Positions 48,617-58,016 of a DNA stretch of 64,000 nt are shown here, piece after piece. The notes below the pieces were generated by a model. The model had not been told where the DNA came from. It was given only the letters and a program-made list of their open reading frames with translations, and made no database searches. Made by a program: the position numbers and the translations under genes. How positions within the stretch are numbered: the stretch's first letter is position 1; each line of letters starts with the position of its first letter. This DNA is from a virus, in the IMG/VR virus record IMGVR_UViG_3300045988_109836. One strand, given 5' to 3'.

Positions 48617-49408
48617 TACGTCCTCAATATCTTCATTATATATCACACCGCTACCGTCAAAATTAGGTTTCTCCATCGCTATAAGATGGCTTCTTCTTAC
48701 AATTGCCTGTACCGGAAGTTCTATCTTATTGAGTTGTCCGCTTTTCTTGTCTGTAGCCCATGAAGCACGTATCTCGTGCGGCAAATCTATAACATGATAT
48801 TCCGGGTTATGCTTGTAATATACCGACACAAAGCCGTTTTCGGGCAAAGCGTCTATCTCCATATCCAATATGATACAATAGGGATTAACGTCGCTTATAT
48901 GCCCTTTATCCGTCTTTACAAGGGGCTTGTTTGAAGCCTCAAACAGATACATCGCCAATACCTGTACTGGCTTATATGTAGTGAACACAAACGGCTGTCC
49001 CATATCATCGTATCTTATAGGAAGATTTTCAGAAAAATACGATATCTCGTTTCTGAAAGATATCCTGTCATAATAGGATAAATTCGCCTTGTCTATATCC
49101 CTAACTGTTACAGCCATTGTACCTAAAAGTTCCTGGCTCCATGACTTGTATTTGTCCGTAAAGTTAATCCCTGTTATCAGCGCCTTTGTGTGTATCGCGT
49201 TCACATAGAAATATCCTGTACCGAAACAGTTCTGACAATCCGGCAATGCAGATTCTTTCCCATGACACGGACAACGTAAAGCACGCATTATCTCCACGTC
49301 GTAACCTTTGGCTTGTATCGCCTTGTCAAATTCCGACTTGAAAAATTCCGGTCTAAAATTACTCAATCCGGAAGACGGGGATTGTAATATATTTCTTGTT
49401 TCTCCCAT
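48614..49408 (-). CDS. virion structural protein with a Cys4 knuckle
   Basis: 264 aa. ..RCPCHGKESALPDCQNCFGTGYF.. Located in the head-tail connector region. Confidence 0.5.
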   Translation of the reverse strand: MGETRNILQSPSSGLSNFRPEFFKSEFDKAIQAKGYDVEIMRALRCPCHGKESALPDCQNCFGTGYFYVNAIHTKALITGINFTDKYKSWSQELLGTMAVTVRDIDKANLSYYDRISFRNEISYFSENLPIRYDDMGQPFVFTTYKPVQVLAMYLFEASNKPLVKTDKGHISDVNPYCIILDMEIDALPENGFVSVYYKHNPEYHVIDLPHEIRASWATDKKSGQLNKIELPVQAIVRRSHLIAMEKPNFDGSGVIYNEDIEDV

Positions 49409-49411
49409 ACC

Positions 49412-50215
49412 TTAGAATACTGCAAATTTTACTTCATCATACACTAACTTCAATCTTCCTACAGTCTCTTTTATCTCTTTTTGATATTGAAGCAATCGTG
49501 CAGAATATCCTGCTGATGTTGCAGAAGCCGTTGTATTTATACTTTGACTTAATCCGTCTATACTCAAAGACTGTCCAGAAACACCTGCAATCCCTAAAAT
49601 AAGGTCTCCAGCAATATTTAAAGGGGCAAAAGATGCAAGTTTTCCTAACAGATTAATCAAGTCCATAGGCATCTGGTCCACATCCCATCCGGTTATATAC
49701 TGTACCCTCCAATAATCCGGTATATACTGGAAACGCTGCATACCTATCTGTGACGTTATGCCCGTCAATATGATTTCCGCGTTTCCCTGTGTCGTGGAAG
49801 ACCCGGTAGGAACAACGCTCAACCTTCTTTTCCCTTGTCCCATACCGCTATCATATTGACATGATAACCACCCCTGCGGATATATAATCTGTTCTATCTT
49901 GTTAAGCATTCCAATCATGCTTAACGGCTTTCTTACCGGATATGAAGGAAACAATATAGGGAATTGCTGCCAATAGTCCTTCTGATAATAAGTCAAAGAC
50001 TGGTCAATTAACTGTTTACAGAATTTCAAGTTGAACCAGTTTTCAACCTCTCTTTGTGCTGATTCTATATAGAAACGCATGGATTCGTCCGTGAATGATG
50101 CTCCCTGCCCTCCGTCAATGGTTATTCCATATAGGTATGTCTGCCATATCTCGGCTACAGACAGCACAAGTCCGGAATTTTTCTTATATTTTATCGTAAA
50201 CGTCAATTGACCCAT
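49412..50215 (-). CDS. virion structural protein (head-tail connector region)
   Basis: 267 aa. Assignment by position only. Confidence 0.5.
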   Translation of the reverse strand: MGQLTFTIKYKKNSGLVLSVAEIWQTYLYGITIDGGQGASFTDESMRFYIESAQREVENWFNLKFCKQLIDQSLTYYQKDYWQQFPILFPSYPVRKPLSMIGMLNKIEQIIYPQGWLSCQYDSGMGQGKRRLSVVPTGSSTTQGNAEIILTGITSQIGMQRFQYIPDYWRVQYITGWDVDQMPMDLINLLGKLASFAPLNIAGDLILGIAGVSGQSLSIDGLSQSINTTASATSAGYSARLLQYQKEIKETVGRLKLVYDEVKFAVF

Positions 50216-50230
50216 CTTTGTAAAGTATTT

Positions 50231-50797
50231 TTATTTAGACAAAATCATATCTATAATTTCCTCTTTCTTTTTGCCTTTAAGGTCTTCTTCCTTGAAAGAA
50301 CCTCCGTCTTCTGTCATTGCAAGCTCTTTCAGTTCGTCAACCTTCATTTTCTTAAGGGCTGTTTTCACCTCGTCATCCTCTTCTTGCTTGATAGGAGTTT
50401 CTTCTTCTGGTTTCGTTTCTGGTTCGGGGGCTGCTGGCGCTACCGTTTCCTTGTTTCCTGCTTTCAATTCCTCGACACATTTCTTCCACATCTCAACTTC
50501 CTTTTCTTTTCTGGAAATCTCGACCTTCTGTGCCTCAATGATATTTTTAAGGCGCTTGATTTCCTCCTCGAACTCCTGGTTTCCCTCTTTCACTTCCGAA
50601 CGGAGTTTTTCTTCAAGACGTGTTTTATATTCCGGCTCTTCGCCTTCCTTATAGATATCCGGAATTTCACGGCTTACTATTTCCTGGTAGAGTTCTTCCG
50701 AAACCTCCGCTCTACCACTTACAAACTGTACCGGACCACCATTCAGCATAATTCTGTGGTTGTTGTATACCCGGCTTTTTAAAATCACTTTTTCCAT
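50231..50797 (-). CDS. hypothetical Glu/Lys-rich protein
   Basis: 188 aa with a charged coiled-coil-like centre. First gene after the terminator that follows the capsid gene. Confidence 0.5.
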   Translation of the reverse strand: MEKVILKSRVYNNHRIMLNGGPVQFVSGRAEVSEELYQEIVSREIPDIYKEGEEPEYKTRLEEKLRSEVKEGNQEFEEEIKRLKNIIEAQKVEISRKEKEVEMWKKCVEELKAGNKETVAPAAPEPETKPEEETPIKQEEDDEVKTALKKMKVDELKELAMTEDGGSFKEEDLKGKKKEEIIDMILSK

Positions 50798-50820
50798 AAT
50801 ACAAAATCTTTAAACAAAAA

Positions 50821-50846
50821 GGGAAGGAGTTCAATTACTCCCTCCC
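50821..50846 (-). terminator. rho-independent terminator after the major capsid gene
   Basis: Stem gggaaggagt / actccctccc (one mismatch) with a 6-nt loop, followed on the minus strand by TTTTTGTTTAAAG. Confidence 0.6.
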
Positions 50847-50889
50847 TTTCACTTTTCACTTTTAAACCTATAAATTTATGTCAAGCCAA

Positions 50890-52404
50890 TTACAAGCCCT
50901 CTTCGCCGATGTTAACGATACGTACAATCTTCGCTGGCTGATACAATACCGGGGTACCGTAGTTCAGAATTGCAAAACGTTTGCTCGGAGATGTAACCGC
51001 AAAGTCCATCTTCATAGTGTCTGCAAACTGCAAGTATTCGTTAATCTGGCTGTCATTGTAGTATACCAAAGCTGACTTGGTACCTGCAATGATACGGTTG
51101 CGGTCACGTACACAATTTGCGGCTGCACCGTCATAACCTGTTGCCATCTGTGCAGCCGGAACCTCAAAGATAGGATAGTATTCGGTGTTTGCATTCAGAA
51201 CCGCATTCTTCTTGGTACGGTATACCACGAAGCAAGTAGCCGGATATGCACCACCTACACCAGCGGTAAATCCAAATTCCAGTGATTCAGTAGCCGCAAC
51301 AGCCTGTGCACCGCCATCAGTAATATTCAGAGGTGCAGATTCACCGTATCTATTCTTTGCTGTTACCAGGTAACCATAAGAACCTGCATGCTGTCCGAAG
51401 TTGGTCTTGGTGTCTGCGGCTTTTGCTGTAATTACTGTTCCCTTTGTCGGTGTAACCGGGGCTTTAGCACTTGTGGCACCCTTGCCTACCATGATAGGCT
51501 TGCGTTCGTCGAAGAAACGGTCGTTCTTAATGTTAATCTTACCGAACTGAGTAGTAACGTCGTTTACAGACTGCCCCATAGTAGCACCAGTTACAGAAGC
51601 TGCAAGACCTACAATAACTCGTTTGCTTTCATGGAACATTTTAACGTAGTTGTTGAACACAATCGGGTTAGAAATGATGCGGTCGATATAACCGTTATAA
51701 ACATTCACTACAACGTTTGCAGCGTCTTGAATCAGACTGTCATTCAATACAGAACCCTGTGCGTCAATAACTGCCGGGCTGCTGAAATAACCATCCAACA
51801 GTTGTTCAGAAGTCTTACCTTCTGCCGTGCCGCCGTCCATTTCATTGATACCCAGCATGTGTTGACGGAACACACCATCAAACTGTTCTTCCACACAAGA
51901 AGAATCAGCGTCAACAAGACGTATATCGATAATTGTACTCAAAAGGATAGTTTTGTTTTCTACTTCCTTCTGATACATATCCATATTACCAGCCAATTTA
52001 GCCAACATTCCCGGATGTGTAACTTGTCCCGATACACCCATGAACTTAGTTACGATTGACTTACGTCTGTATTGAGAATCAGTTTCCTGCGGTGTCTCGC
52101 CTTCTGCGTTGAAGATACCGACTTCCTCACCGTACTTGTACAACTGGTTGTACTGGTATACAGTGTTGTCAATCTTATGTTTAGGCATTTCCATATAGTA
52201 AACCAACTGGTTCATACGGTTGCCCAAAATCTTCAAAACTGAATCCAAAGATTCAACTTTCAGACCACCACCGTTGTTGATTTCGTTGTTATACTGCATT
52301 CCGGTCTTAAGACCTGCTTCCATCGCTTTCAAGATTTCTGCCGAATCCATGCCGCCCAGTACATCACCCGTACCGTTTTGATTGCTATAATTATACAAAT
52401 CCAT
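50890..52404 (-). CDS. major capsid protein
   Basis: 504 aa. Follows the protease and scaffold genes and is followed by a strong terminator. The composition and lack of any enzyme motif are consistent with a coat protein. Confidence 0.62.
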   Translation of the reverse strand: MDLYNYSNQNGTGDVLGGMDSAEILKAMEAGLKTGMQYNNEINNGGGLKVESLDSVLKILGNRMNQLVYYMEMPKHKIDNTVYQYNQLYKYGEEVGIFNAEGETPQETDSQYRRKSIVTKFMGVSGQVTHPGMLAKLAGNMDMYQKEVENKTILLSTIIDIRLVDADSSCVEEQFDGVFRQHMLGINEMDGGTAEGKTSEQLLDGYFSSPAVIDAQGSVLNDSLIQDAANVVVNVYNGYIDRIISNPIVFNNYVKMFHESKRVIVGLAASVTGATMGQSVNDVTTQFGKINIKNDRFFDERKPIMVGKGATSAKAPVTPTKGTVITAKAADTKTNFGQHAGSYGYLVTAKNRYGESAPLNITDGGAQAVAATESLEFGFTAGVGGAYPATCFVVYRTKKNAVLNANTEYYPIFEVPAAQMATGYDGAAANCVRDRNRIIAGTKSALVYYNDSQINEYLQFADTMKMDFAVTSPSKRFAILNYGTPVLYQPAKIVRIVNIGEEGL

Positions 52405-52425
52405 ATTCTTTTATTTTAATAGAGT

Positions 52426-53100
52426 TTATTTCACGAATTTTACACCGTTTTTCTCATACATGTAACGTGCCAGGTTCTCGCCTACGATTTCAGCGTCCGG
52501 ATTGATAAGATATGCCAGTGCGTCACTTTCCAGTGATTTAGCGATATCTTCCGGTGCCTCTTCCAAAGACTTTTCAATAAGCTTTACTGCCATAGGTCTG
52601 TCTTTCACCACGTTAACTTCATATTTACCTGCTTCATCCTTTCTTTCCTCAAAAGATTTCTGAATGGCAGTCATATTGCTAAGTCCTTCTGAACGAAACA
52701 TAGGAGTGACACCAGACATCTTGTCCAATTTGTCATTGATACCGTCTACGGTCTCCTGGAATTTGTCGATAGACTTCTGAAAGTTTTCCATCAGAGGGGC
52801 AAATACAGAACCCAAAGACTTCATGATGTCTTCCGCGTTAGATTTCTCCATCTTTTCGCCTTCCGCATTCTTATCCTCGGCTGTATTCTTCTCGTCTTCC
52901 TTTACTTTTTCTTCGTCCTTCACGGCTTCCTTCTCCAACTTGTTGATATCCTTTTCCTCTTTGGTTTCGGATTCATGGTCTCCTGCTGCCGCTCCGTTTT
53001 CAGACTTTTCGATTTTCACGTTTGCCATAATATACTCGTCTGAAAATCCCATAGACTTCATAAGAGATACAATAGGGTCGTTCAAATATTTCTCGTCCAT
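52426..53100 (-). CDS. scaffolding protein
   Basis: 224 aa, highly acidic and helical (..EKEAVKDEEKVKEDEKNTAEDKNAEGEKMEK..). Located between the protease and capsid genes. Confidence 0.55.
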   Translation of the reverse strand: MDEKYLNDPIVSLMKSMGFSDEYIMANVKIEKSENGAAAGDHESETKEEKDINKLEKEAVKDEEKVKEDEKNTAEDKNAEGEKMEKSNAEDIMKSLGSVFAPLMENFQKSIDKFQETVDGINDKLDKMSGVTPMFRSEGLSNMTAIQKSFEERKDEAGKYEVNVVKDRPMAVKLIEKSLEEAPEDIAKSLESDALAYLINPDAEIVGENLARYMYEKNGVKFVK

Positions 53101-53123
53101 TTTATTAAACTTTTAATTGTGTA

Positions 53124-53131
53124 CAAATTTA
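53124..53131 (-). promoter_or_regulatory. putative -7 box TAAATTTG upstream of the scaffold/capsid genes
   Basis: The minus strand reads TAAATTTGTACAC, 24 nt upstream of the scaffold ATG. The TAA is the stop codon of the protease ORF. Confidence 0.3.
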
Positions 53132-53902
53132 TTTATTAACGGTTCTCAAATAGTCCTTTATAACGTTCAACTGCACTTTGCCGTTCAGATAATATTTATA
53201 AAGCTCTTGAAATCTTTCATCTCTTTCCACTATGATAGGGTTAATGGTAATATTGAAAGACTTGTCTATCCTTATATTATATCCGTCCTTCTGTAGCTCT
53301 AAAAGAACGTTGTTAGAACCGTTTCCAATTTCTTTGTTGTCCTCTACAAAATCCACTGTCTGCATACCCTTGACTATATCGGCAAATGAATTTGCGTTTA
53401 CTGGTGTCATTGTCATTGCCACGTTGGTAATCAATGCTTTTGTCACCTTTTTAGGGTTGTTCTTGTCTCTTTCAAGCGCTCTTCCCTCAACGGAAAAACC
53501 CGGTTTCCGGTCCGTACCGCTTGCAAGCATTTCCAGCGCCTTGTCATAGAACGCCCTTGCTTCTGGTGATTTCTTCCATAACTGGCAACGTACGTAGAAC
53601 TTGTTATTCTTTACATATGCGTCCAATGGATGTCCTATCCAGAACCTGGACTTATTGATAGGGCTTCTTGATGGCAAATGGTCTAAATTGATTAGTCCGT
53701 GCTTCAAAAATCTGTCTATTACAAATCCGTTTGGGTTCATAGATTCATCCTCCGAATCAATGGAAGAATCGGATGCCAGGCCCTCAAAAATCATCTTTTC
53801 ATATCTTCTGTCGTCCCCTACCGGGTAATCCATAGGATTGAAATCTGATTTCTCAAAGTTTGCCTCTGTGAAAAAATTGAATTTTGAATCTACCTCAAAC
53901 AT
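53129..53902 (-). CDS. putative prohead maturation protease
   Basis: 257 aa, immediately upstream of the scaffold and capsid genes. ..FEGLASDSSIDSEDESMNPNGF...INLDH.. resembles the start of HK97-type prohead proteases. The pattern match is weak. Confidence 0.45.
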   Translation of the reverse strand: MFEVDSKFNFFTEANFEKSDFNPMDYPVGDDRRYEKMIFEGLASDSSIDSEDESMNPNGFVIDRFLKHGLINLDHLPSRSPINKSRFWIGHPLDAYVKNNKFYVRCQLWKKSPEARAFYDKALEMLASGTDRKPGFSVEGRALERDKNNPKKVTKALITNVAMTMTPVNANSFADIVKGMQTVDFVEDNKEIGNGSNNVLLELQKDGYNIRIDKSFNITINPIIVERDERFQELYKYYLNGKVQLNVIKDYLRTVNK

Positions 53903-54053
53903 CTTTTAATACTCTGTAATCCAACGAATTGAAATAAACATGTTTCTGTAAATATCTAATAATCAATATATTGCAATAACTAAAATATATTTACAGCTTT
54001 ACCGATTCAAATGTATGGATTTTTATGCAAATAGCCAAAGTTTTATGCAAAAA

Positions 54054-55088
54054 TTATTCACCCTTCGCTTTCAGATAATTATCCACAAACTTATCTGACG
54101 GTTTGGTGTAGTTCTTCTTGCCTTCCGGTACCGGGTACGCCCACTCATAGAAATATTTCTTTCTATCTCCTTCTCCCAATTCCCCAATTACCATAAAGCC
54201 TTTTGCATTTCCCTTGCTTCTTTCTTGTACAATCTTCTCGAACTCTTCCGGGGGCGTGGTAGACGTTTCTTGTTTGAATATATGGTTATCCAACTCTTTC
54301 ATCACCTTCTCCCTTCTTTCCTTCTTACTTTCTTTTTCTTTTACCTCTTTCTCCTTTTGTTCTTGCATCTTCTTTTCCTTCTCTTCGGACATCTTTTTAT
54401 GTACACCGCTTTTGTGTAAACTTTGGTCAAACATATTTCCTACGATATCTCCCAATATCCCATATTCCGATTCTTCTATTCCGATAATGTTAACGACATC
54501 TTCAATAAACTTTGTGCGTTTGGAAGGTGTATATCTTTCGTTGTAATATTTCTCTAATAGGGTTTCGTCTCCCAACATCTTTTTCAACTTCTCGTTCTTG
54601 TACACTTCCCCGTTTATTCTTTCCGTGTCCTTAATGATATTCTGTATGTCCTTGGAAGTAAAACCGTATGCCGTATCTATAGAAACGCTGAATCCGTCAT
54701 TTGAACCATAGGATTGAATATCTATACCGCCTTTCTCGTCTGCATTCGCTTTGGTGTGGTTGGAAACCCTTATCTCATAGCTCCCTTTCCCTGTCTCAAA
54801 CTTGAAATAGCTGCTCGCGGTCGTTTTCGCCTTGGTGTAGTCATAATCGATATTATTCTTATCCAACCATGCTTTCAGTCCCTTAGTGACTGCTGCCGGG
54901 TTCGTTCCCGTCTTCTCTATGGACTTGTCACCGCTTCTGTTAATGACCTGGTTTGTCGATTCTCTTTCCTTCTCGGTATATATGTATATGAAACCGCCTT
55001 TTCCGTCCGGCTCTTTCCTTACATACTTGTGTGATACCGCCTTTTCCAGTCTGTCACACAACATGCTTTTCAATATATCTCTTTCCAT
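54054..55088 (-). CDS. hypothetical protein with a Lys/Glu-rich linker
   Basis: 344 aa, ATG start. No motif recognised. Confidence 0.55.
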   Translation of the reverse strand: MERDILKSMLCDRLEKAVSHKYVRKEPDGKGGFIYIYTEKERESTNQVINRSGDKSIEKTGTNPAAVTKGLKAWLDKNNIDYDYTKAKTTASSYFKFETGKGSYEIRVSNHTKANADEKGGIDIQSYGSNDGFSVSIDTAYGFTSKDIQNIIKDTERINGEVYKNEKLKKMLGDETLLEKYYNERYTPSKRTKFIEDVVNIIGIEESEYGILGDIVGNMFDQSLHKSGVHKKMSEEKEKKMQEQKEKEVKEKESKKERREKVMKELDNHIFKQETSTTPPEEFEKIVQERSKGNAKGFMVIGELGEGDRKKYFYEWAYPVPEGKKNYTKPSDKFVDNYLKAKGE

Positions 55089-55108
55089 ACTTCCTTTTTA
55101 ATAAAAAG

Positions 55109-55130
55109 AAAGGGGTAATATCACCCCTTT
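55109..55130 (-). terminator. rho-independent terminator after the Nudix-domain gene
   Basis: 8-bp stem aaaggggt / accccttt with a 6-nt loop, followed on the minus strand by CTTTTTATT. Confidence 0.5.
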
Positions 55131-55139
55131 CCGAAACGA

Positions 55140-56942
55140 TTAATGTAATTGTAAACGGTATTTAGTTTGCTTAAGTGTTGCCATGAAATCTTCCACCCAC
55201 GACTTTTCCCCTGCATATTCGGGGTTATTGTCAAGTCTTGAATAGAAATCCTTTGTACGGTCTATGATAAGGTCCACCAGTTCTATAGGGTCGTTGACCT
55301 CTATATCTTCACCGTTTATTTCCCCGTCCTTGAAACGTCCGAAACCGCTTTGTCCAGCTTCCATTATCTTGTCCTCATAATCTGAAAGCTCTTCAATCAA
55401 ATCATCAAGATATTTATGCTTAGAGTTGTCTTCCTCTTTCCAGTGCACGTTTTTTGAACGGGTCTTCACTCCTTCCAGGAAGTTAGCGAAATCGGCAAAT
55501 ACGGTATACATACCGTCCTCTTTCTTTGCCTTTTCCAATACATCCGCCTTTACCTTCCCTTCTTGAATCATTTCAGAAATAACACTCTTGAATATCATTG
55601 CGTCCTCTACAGAAGAAAACTTCATAGAGACCGTCAGTCCGTCTTCCGACTTCTCTATTTCCTGGCTGTCCGGTTCTTCTCTTTCTATGGTTTCTCCTTC
55701 CTCGGTCTTCGCTATCCCGTCACCTTCCGGGCCTTTGGGTTTATCGTCCAAATCTTCCTTACAGATTGCGTTCGCGTCGTTGCAATCCATCGTCTTTTCA
55801 ACTTCCTTACTTTTCCATTCTTCCGGCAATTCACTTTCAAGACCCAACTCTTTAGCGCGCTTCTTAATCCACGCCTGCACCTTTTCTTTCGGCATATCAG
55901 AAGCACCGGACAACTTGATGGCGTCCTTCAAATCCTGGCTGTTTCTGATAGGATATTTCCCGTTAGGCATTGCCTCACCTTTCTTTGCAAGGTCCTTTCT
56001 TTCACTGTGTGAAAAATCGGTCTTGTTATTCGCTTTCCGTATCTCTTTAGGATATTTCCCACACACGGACTTTACTACATCTTCCGTTACTTTTCCTTCC
56101 TGGAAAGCCTTCATTACGATTTCTACCGGACTGGGTTTCACTTCCAAGCCTAAAATCTTCTTGATATTGTCTTTCATATCAAAAATAAAATCATAGTCTT
56201 CCAGTTCTGTAGCTGGTTCAATCCACATGCTGCCTATTTCTTCTTCACCGTCAACCACCACGAAAGCTGGGGATTCATCGTCTACATGCCCCATAAAGTA
56301 ATGAATTTCCGCATTCTTTGTTTTTGCCACACCTACTTCCATAAGTGTATCTTCCGGCACGTCTATTCCGGTCTCCTCAAACAGCTCTCTTTGTGCTGCC
56401 GTCCGAAAATCCTCTCCTTCGTCAACATGTCCACCTGGTATACACCAATCCGGGGTATAGTTCATATGCTCCCCTGCTCTTTGTAGGATAAGCAATTTAT
56501 TGCCTCTGAACAAAAGGACGTCCGCATATTTGACTACCCCAGTTTTCGCCTTCATGATATCGTCATATGCACTTTTTGAAAGCTTCTTGTTCTTCCATGC
56601 TTTTCTTGCTACATGGACCGCATACACGTCCGCAATTGCTTCCGCTATATCCTCGTCATTCTGGAATGCGGCAATAGCCTTGAAAACCTTGTCCCTGTCT
56701 TTCTGTAATTGTGCGACGTTTTTAGTATGCTCCTTCAAGAACTCGTTGTATTTCTTTTCCGAAATCTCCCTTTCGTCCTTATCAAGCAAAGAGAAGCTTT
56801 TCAATACCTGGCTTCTTTCTGCAAATTCGTTTGCAAGCTCTTCCGTTCTTGCTTCTATCTTTTCAGAGCGTCTTAATAACTCCCTGTATTCAGACACCTT
56901 TTGTTCGGCTGTCTGTAAATGAAATAATCTCTTTAAATTCAT
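55140..56942 (-). CDS. multidomain head-module protein: coiled coil + Nudix hydrolase + Dps/ferritin-like C-terminal domain
   Basis: Start moved to the ATG at 56942 (MNLKRLFHLQ..) to avoid overlapping the upstream gene. Nudix box GGHVDEGEDFRTAAQRELFEETGI fits G-x5-E-x7-R-E-x-x-E-E-x-G. The C-terminus ..FLEGVKTRSKNVHWKEEDNSKHKYLDDLIEELSDYEDKIMEAGQ.. resembles Dps helices A and B. Confidence 0.7.
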   Translation of the reverse strand: MNLKRLFHLQTAEQKVSEYRELLRRSEKIEARTEELANEFAERSQVLKSFSLLDKDEREISEKKYNEFLKEHTKNVAQLQKDRDKVFKAIAAFQNDEDIAEAIADVYAVHVARKAWKNKKLSKSAYDDIMKAKTGVVKYADVLLFRGNKLLILQRAGEHMNYTPDWCIPGGHVDEGEDFRTAAQRELFEETGIDVPEDTLMEVGVAKTKNAEIHYFMGHVDDESPAFVVVDGEEEIGSMWIEPATELEDYDFIFDMKDNIKKILGLEVKPSPVEIVMKAFQEGKVTEDVVKSVCGKYPKEIRKANNKTDFSHSERKDLAKKGEAMPNGKYPIRNSQDLKDAIKLSGASDMPKEKVQAWIKKRAKELGLESELPEEWKSKEVEKTMDCNDANAICKEDLDDKPKGPEGDGIAKTEEGETIEREEPDSQEIEKSEDGLTVSMKFSSVEDAMIFKSVISEMIQEGKVKADVLEKAKKEDGMYTVFADFANFLEGVKTRSKNVHWKEEDNSKHKYLDDLIEELSDYEDKIMEAGQSGFGRFKDGEINGEDIEVNDPIELVDLIIDRTKDFYSRLDNNPEYAGEKSWVEDFMATLKQTKYRLQLH

Positions 56943-56982
56943 AGCTATAAATTTTTCTGCTAATGTACGAATTTTGCACAAT

Positions 56983-57405
56983 CTATCCAAAAACGCAGAC
57001 ATTATCAATATAATAGGAAGTGTTTTTCTTCAAATCGGGCTTGTAAAAATATCGGTTCAATGTCTCCACTTTTTCTATACGGTCAATCCTTCCCCATTTA
57101 TTATCGTATATCACAAGTTTGTCGGACATTTCCAAATCCTTTACCTTTACCGGAACAAGCCAGTTCTTTTCATGCGTCCATACCATCTGTTCACCGGACA
57201 CCCTGTTAAGAATACCTTCTTTCCCTGCACTGTAATAGATATTATACACCGATTCTTTCGGTTTCATTTCGCGCACATACAGACCGTTTACAAGCGTATA
57301 GGAACGTCTTGTCTTTACGGCTTCATTAATCCTTATATTCTTTAAGAACTTATCCCCTTCAAGCGTCCTTATCTCCACAAAACCCGTATTGAATCCTCCT
57401 GTCAT
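56983..57405 (-). CDS. hypothetical beta-rich protein (possible degenerate Hint-like fold)
   Basis: 140 aa. ..GFVEIRTLEGDKF.. near the N-terminus and ..YYIDNVCVFG* at the C-terminus. Confidence 0.5.
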   Translation of the reverse strand: MTGGFNTGFVEIRTLEGDKFLKNIRINEAVKTRRSYTLVNGLYVREMKPKESVYNIYYSAGKEGILNRVSGEQMVWTHEKNWLVPVKVKDLEMSDKLVIYDNKWGRIDRIEKVETLNRYFYKPDLKKNTSYYIDNVCVFG

Positions 57406-57407
57406 AA

Positions 57408-58016
57408 TCAGTGCTCCGTTTTCAAAAACAAACCTTCCTTAGTTATAAGTGCATATTCCGGTGAAGCCTTTATATTATAGAGGGTTCCTTCGTACAAGGA
57501 CTGTCCTCTTTCCTTTATCTTCAACACTCCTGCGCCAATATTCATATATCCTGGATTATCGTTGTAATACTTCACGTATTCTTCCGCATCTCCCCGTTCT
57601 ATCTCTTTATCTGGGCTTTTGTAACTCATTCCGGACCATCTACCGAAACAATCTTCATCCGTCCATTCGACAAATGTCTTTTCGTCTACCAATGGTGTGT
57701 TTGTCTGGTACGGCAAAGTAAATGCAAGGTTTTTCGCGTCCTCGCATACAGAAAAAATATGTCCGTCTTCAAACACTATATTCTCCATCGCACCTTTATA
57801 ATAAACGGATTCAACCCCTTTCTTGAACATCGCACTATTGTTCATCATGCAATAGAGCAATACATACTCGTCTTCCTTTATCTGGTCCAGACGTACCGGG
57901 ACAACCTCCCAGTTGTACACATCCACCTCTTCCGTGCTTTCCTTGACACGTTCCTTTGTTACCCTTGTCTTCCGTAGGGTCAACACTTCCACATCTCCTT
58001 TATATCCAAAAATCAT
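57408..58016 (-). CDS. hypothetical beta-rich protein (possible degenerate Hint-like fold)
   Basis: 202 aa, ATGA-coupled to the MuF-like gene. ..GYKGDVEVLTLRK.. near the N-terminus and ..ALITKEGLFLKTEH* at the C-terminus. Confidence 0.5.
   Translation of the reverse strand: MIFGYKGDVEVLTLRKTRVTKERVKESTEEVDVYNWEVVPVRLDQIKEDEYVLLYCMMNNSAMFKKGVESVYYKGAMENIVFEDGHIFSVCEDAKNLAFTLPYQTNTPLVDEKTFVEWTDEDCFGRWSGMSYKSPDKEIERGDAEEYVKYYNDNPGYMNIGAGVLKIKERGQSLYEGTLYNIKASPEYALITKEGLFLKTEH

Noticed and set aside
50207-50782. 191-aa plus-strand ORF rich in Phe and Leu.
   Set aside because: It is the mirror image of the Glu/Lys-rich minus-strand ORF 50231..50797. It starts at TTG and is antisense to the uniform gene orientation.
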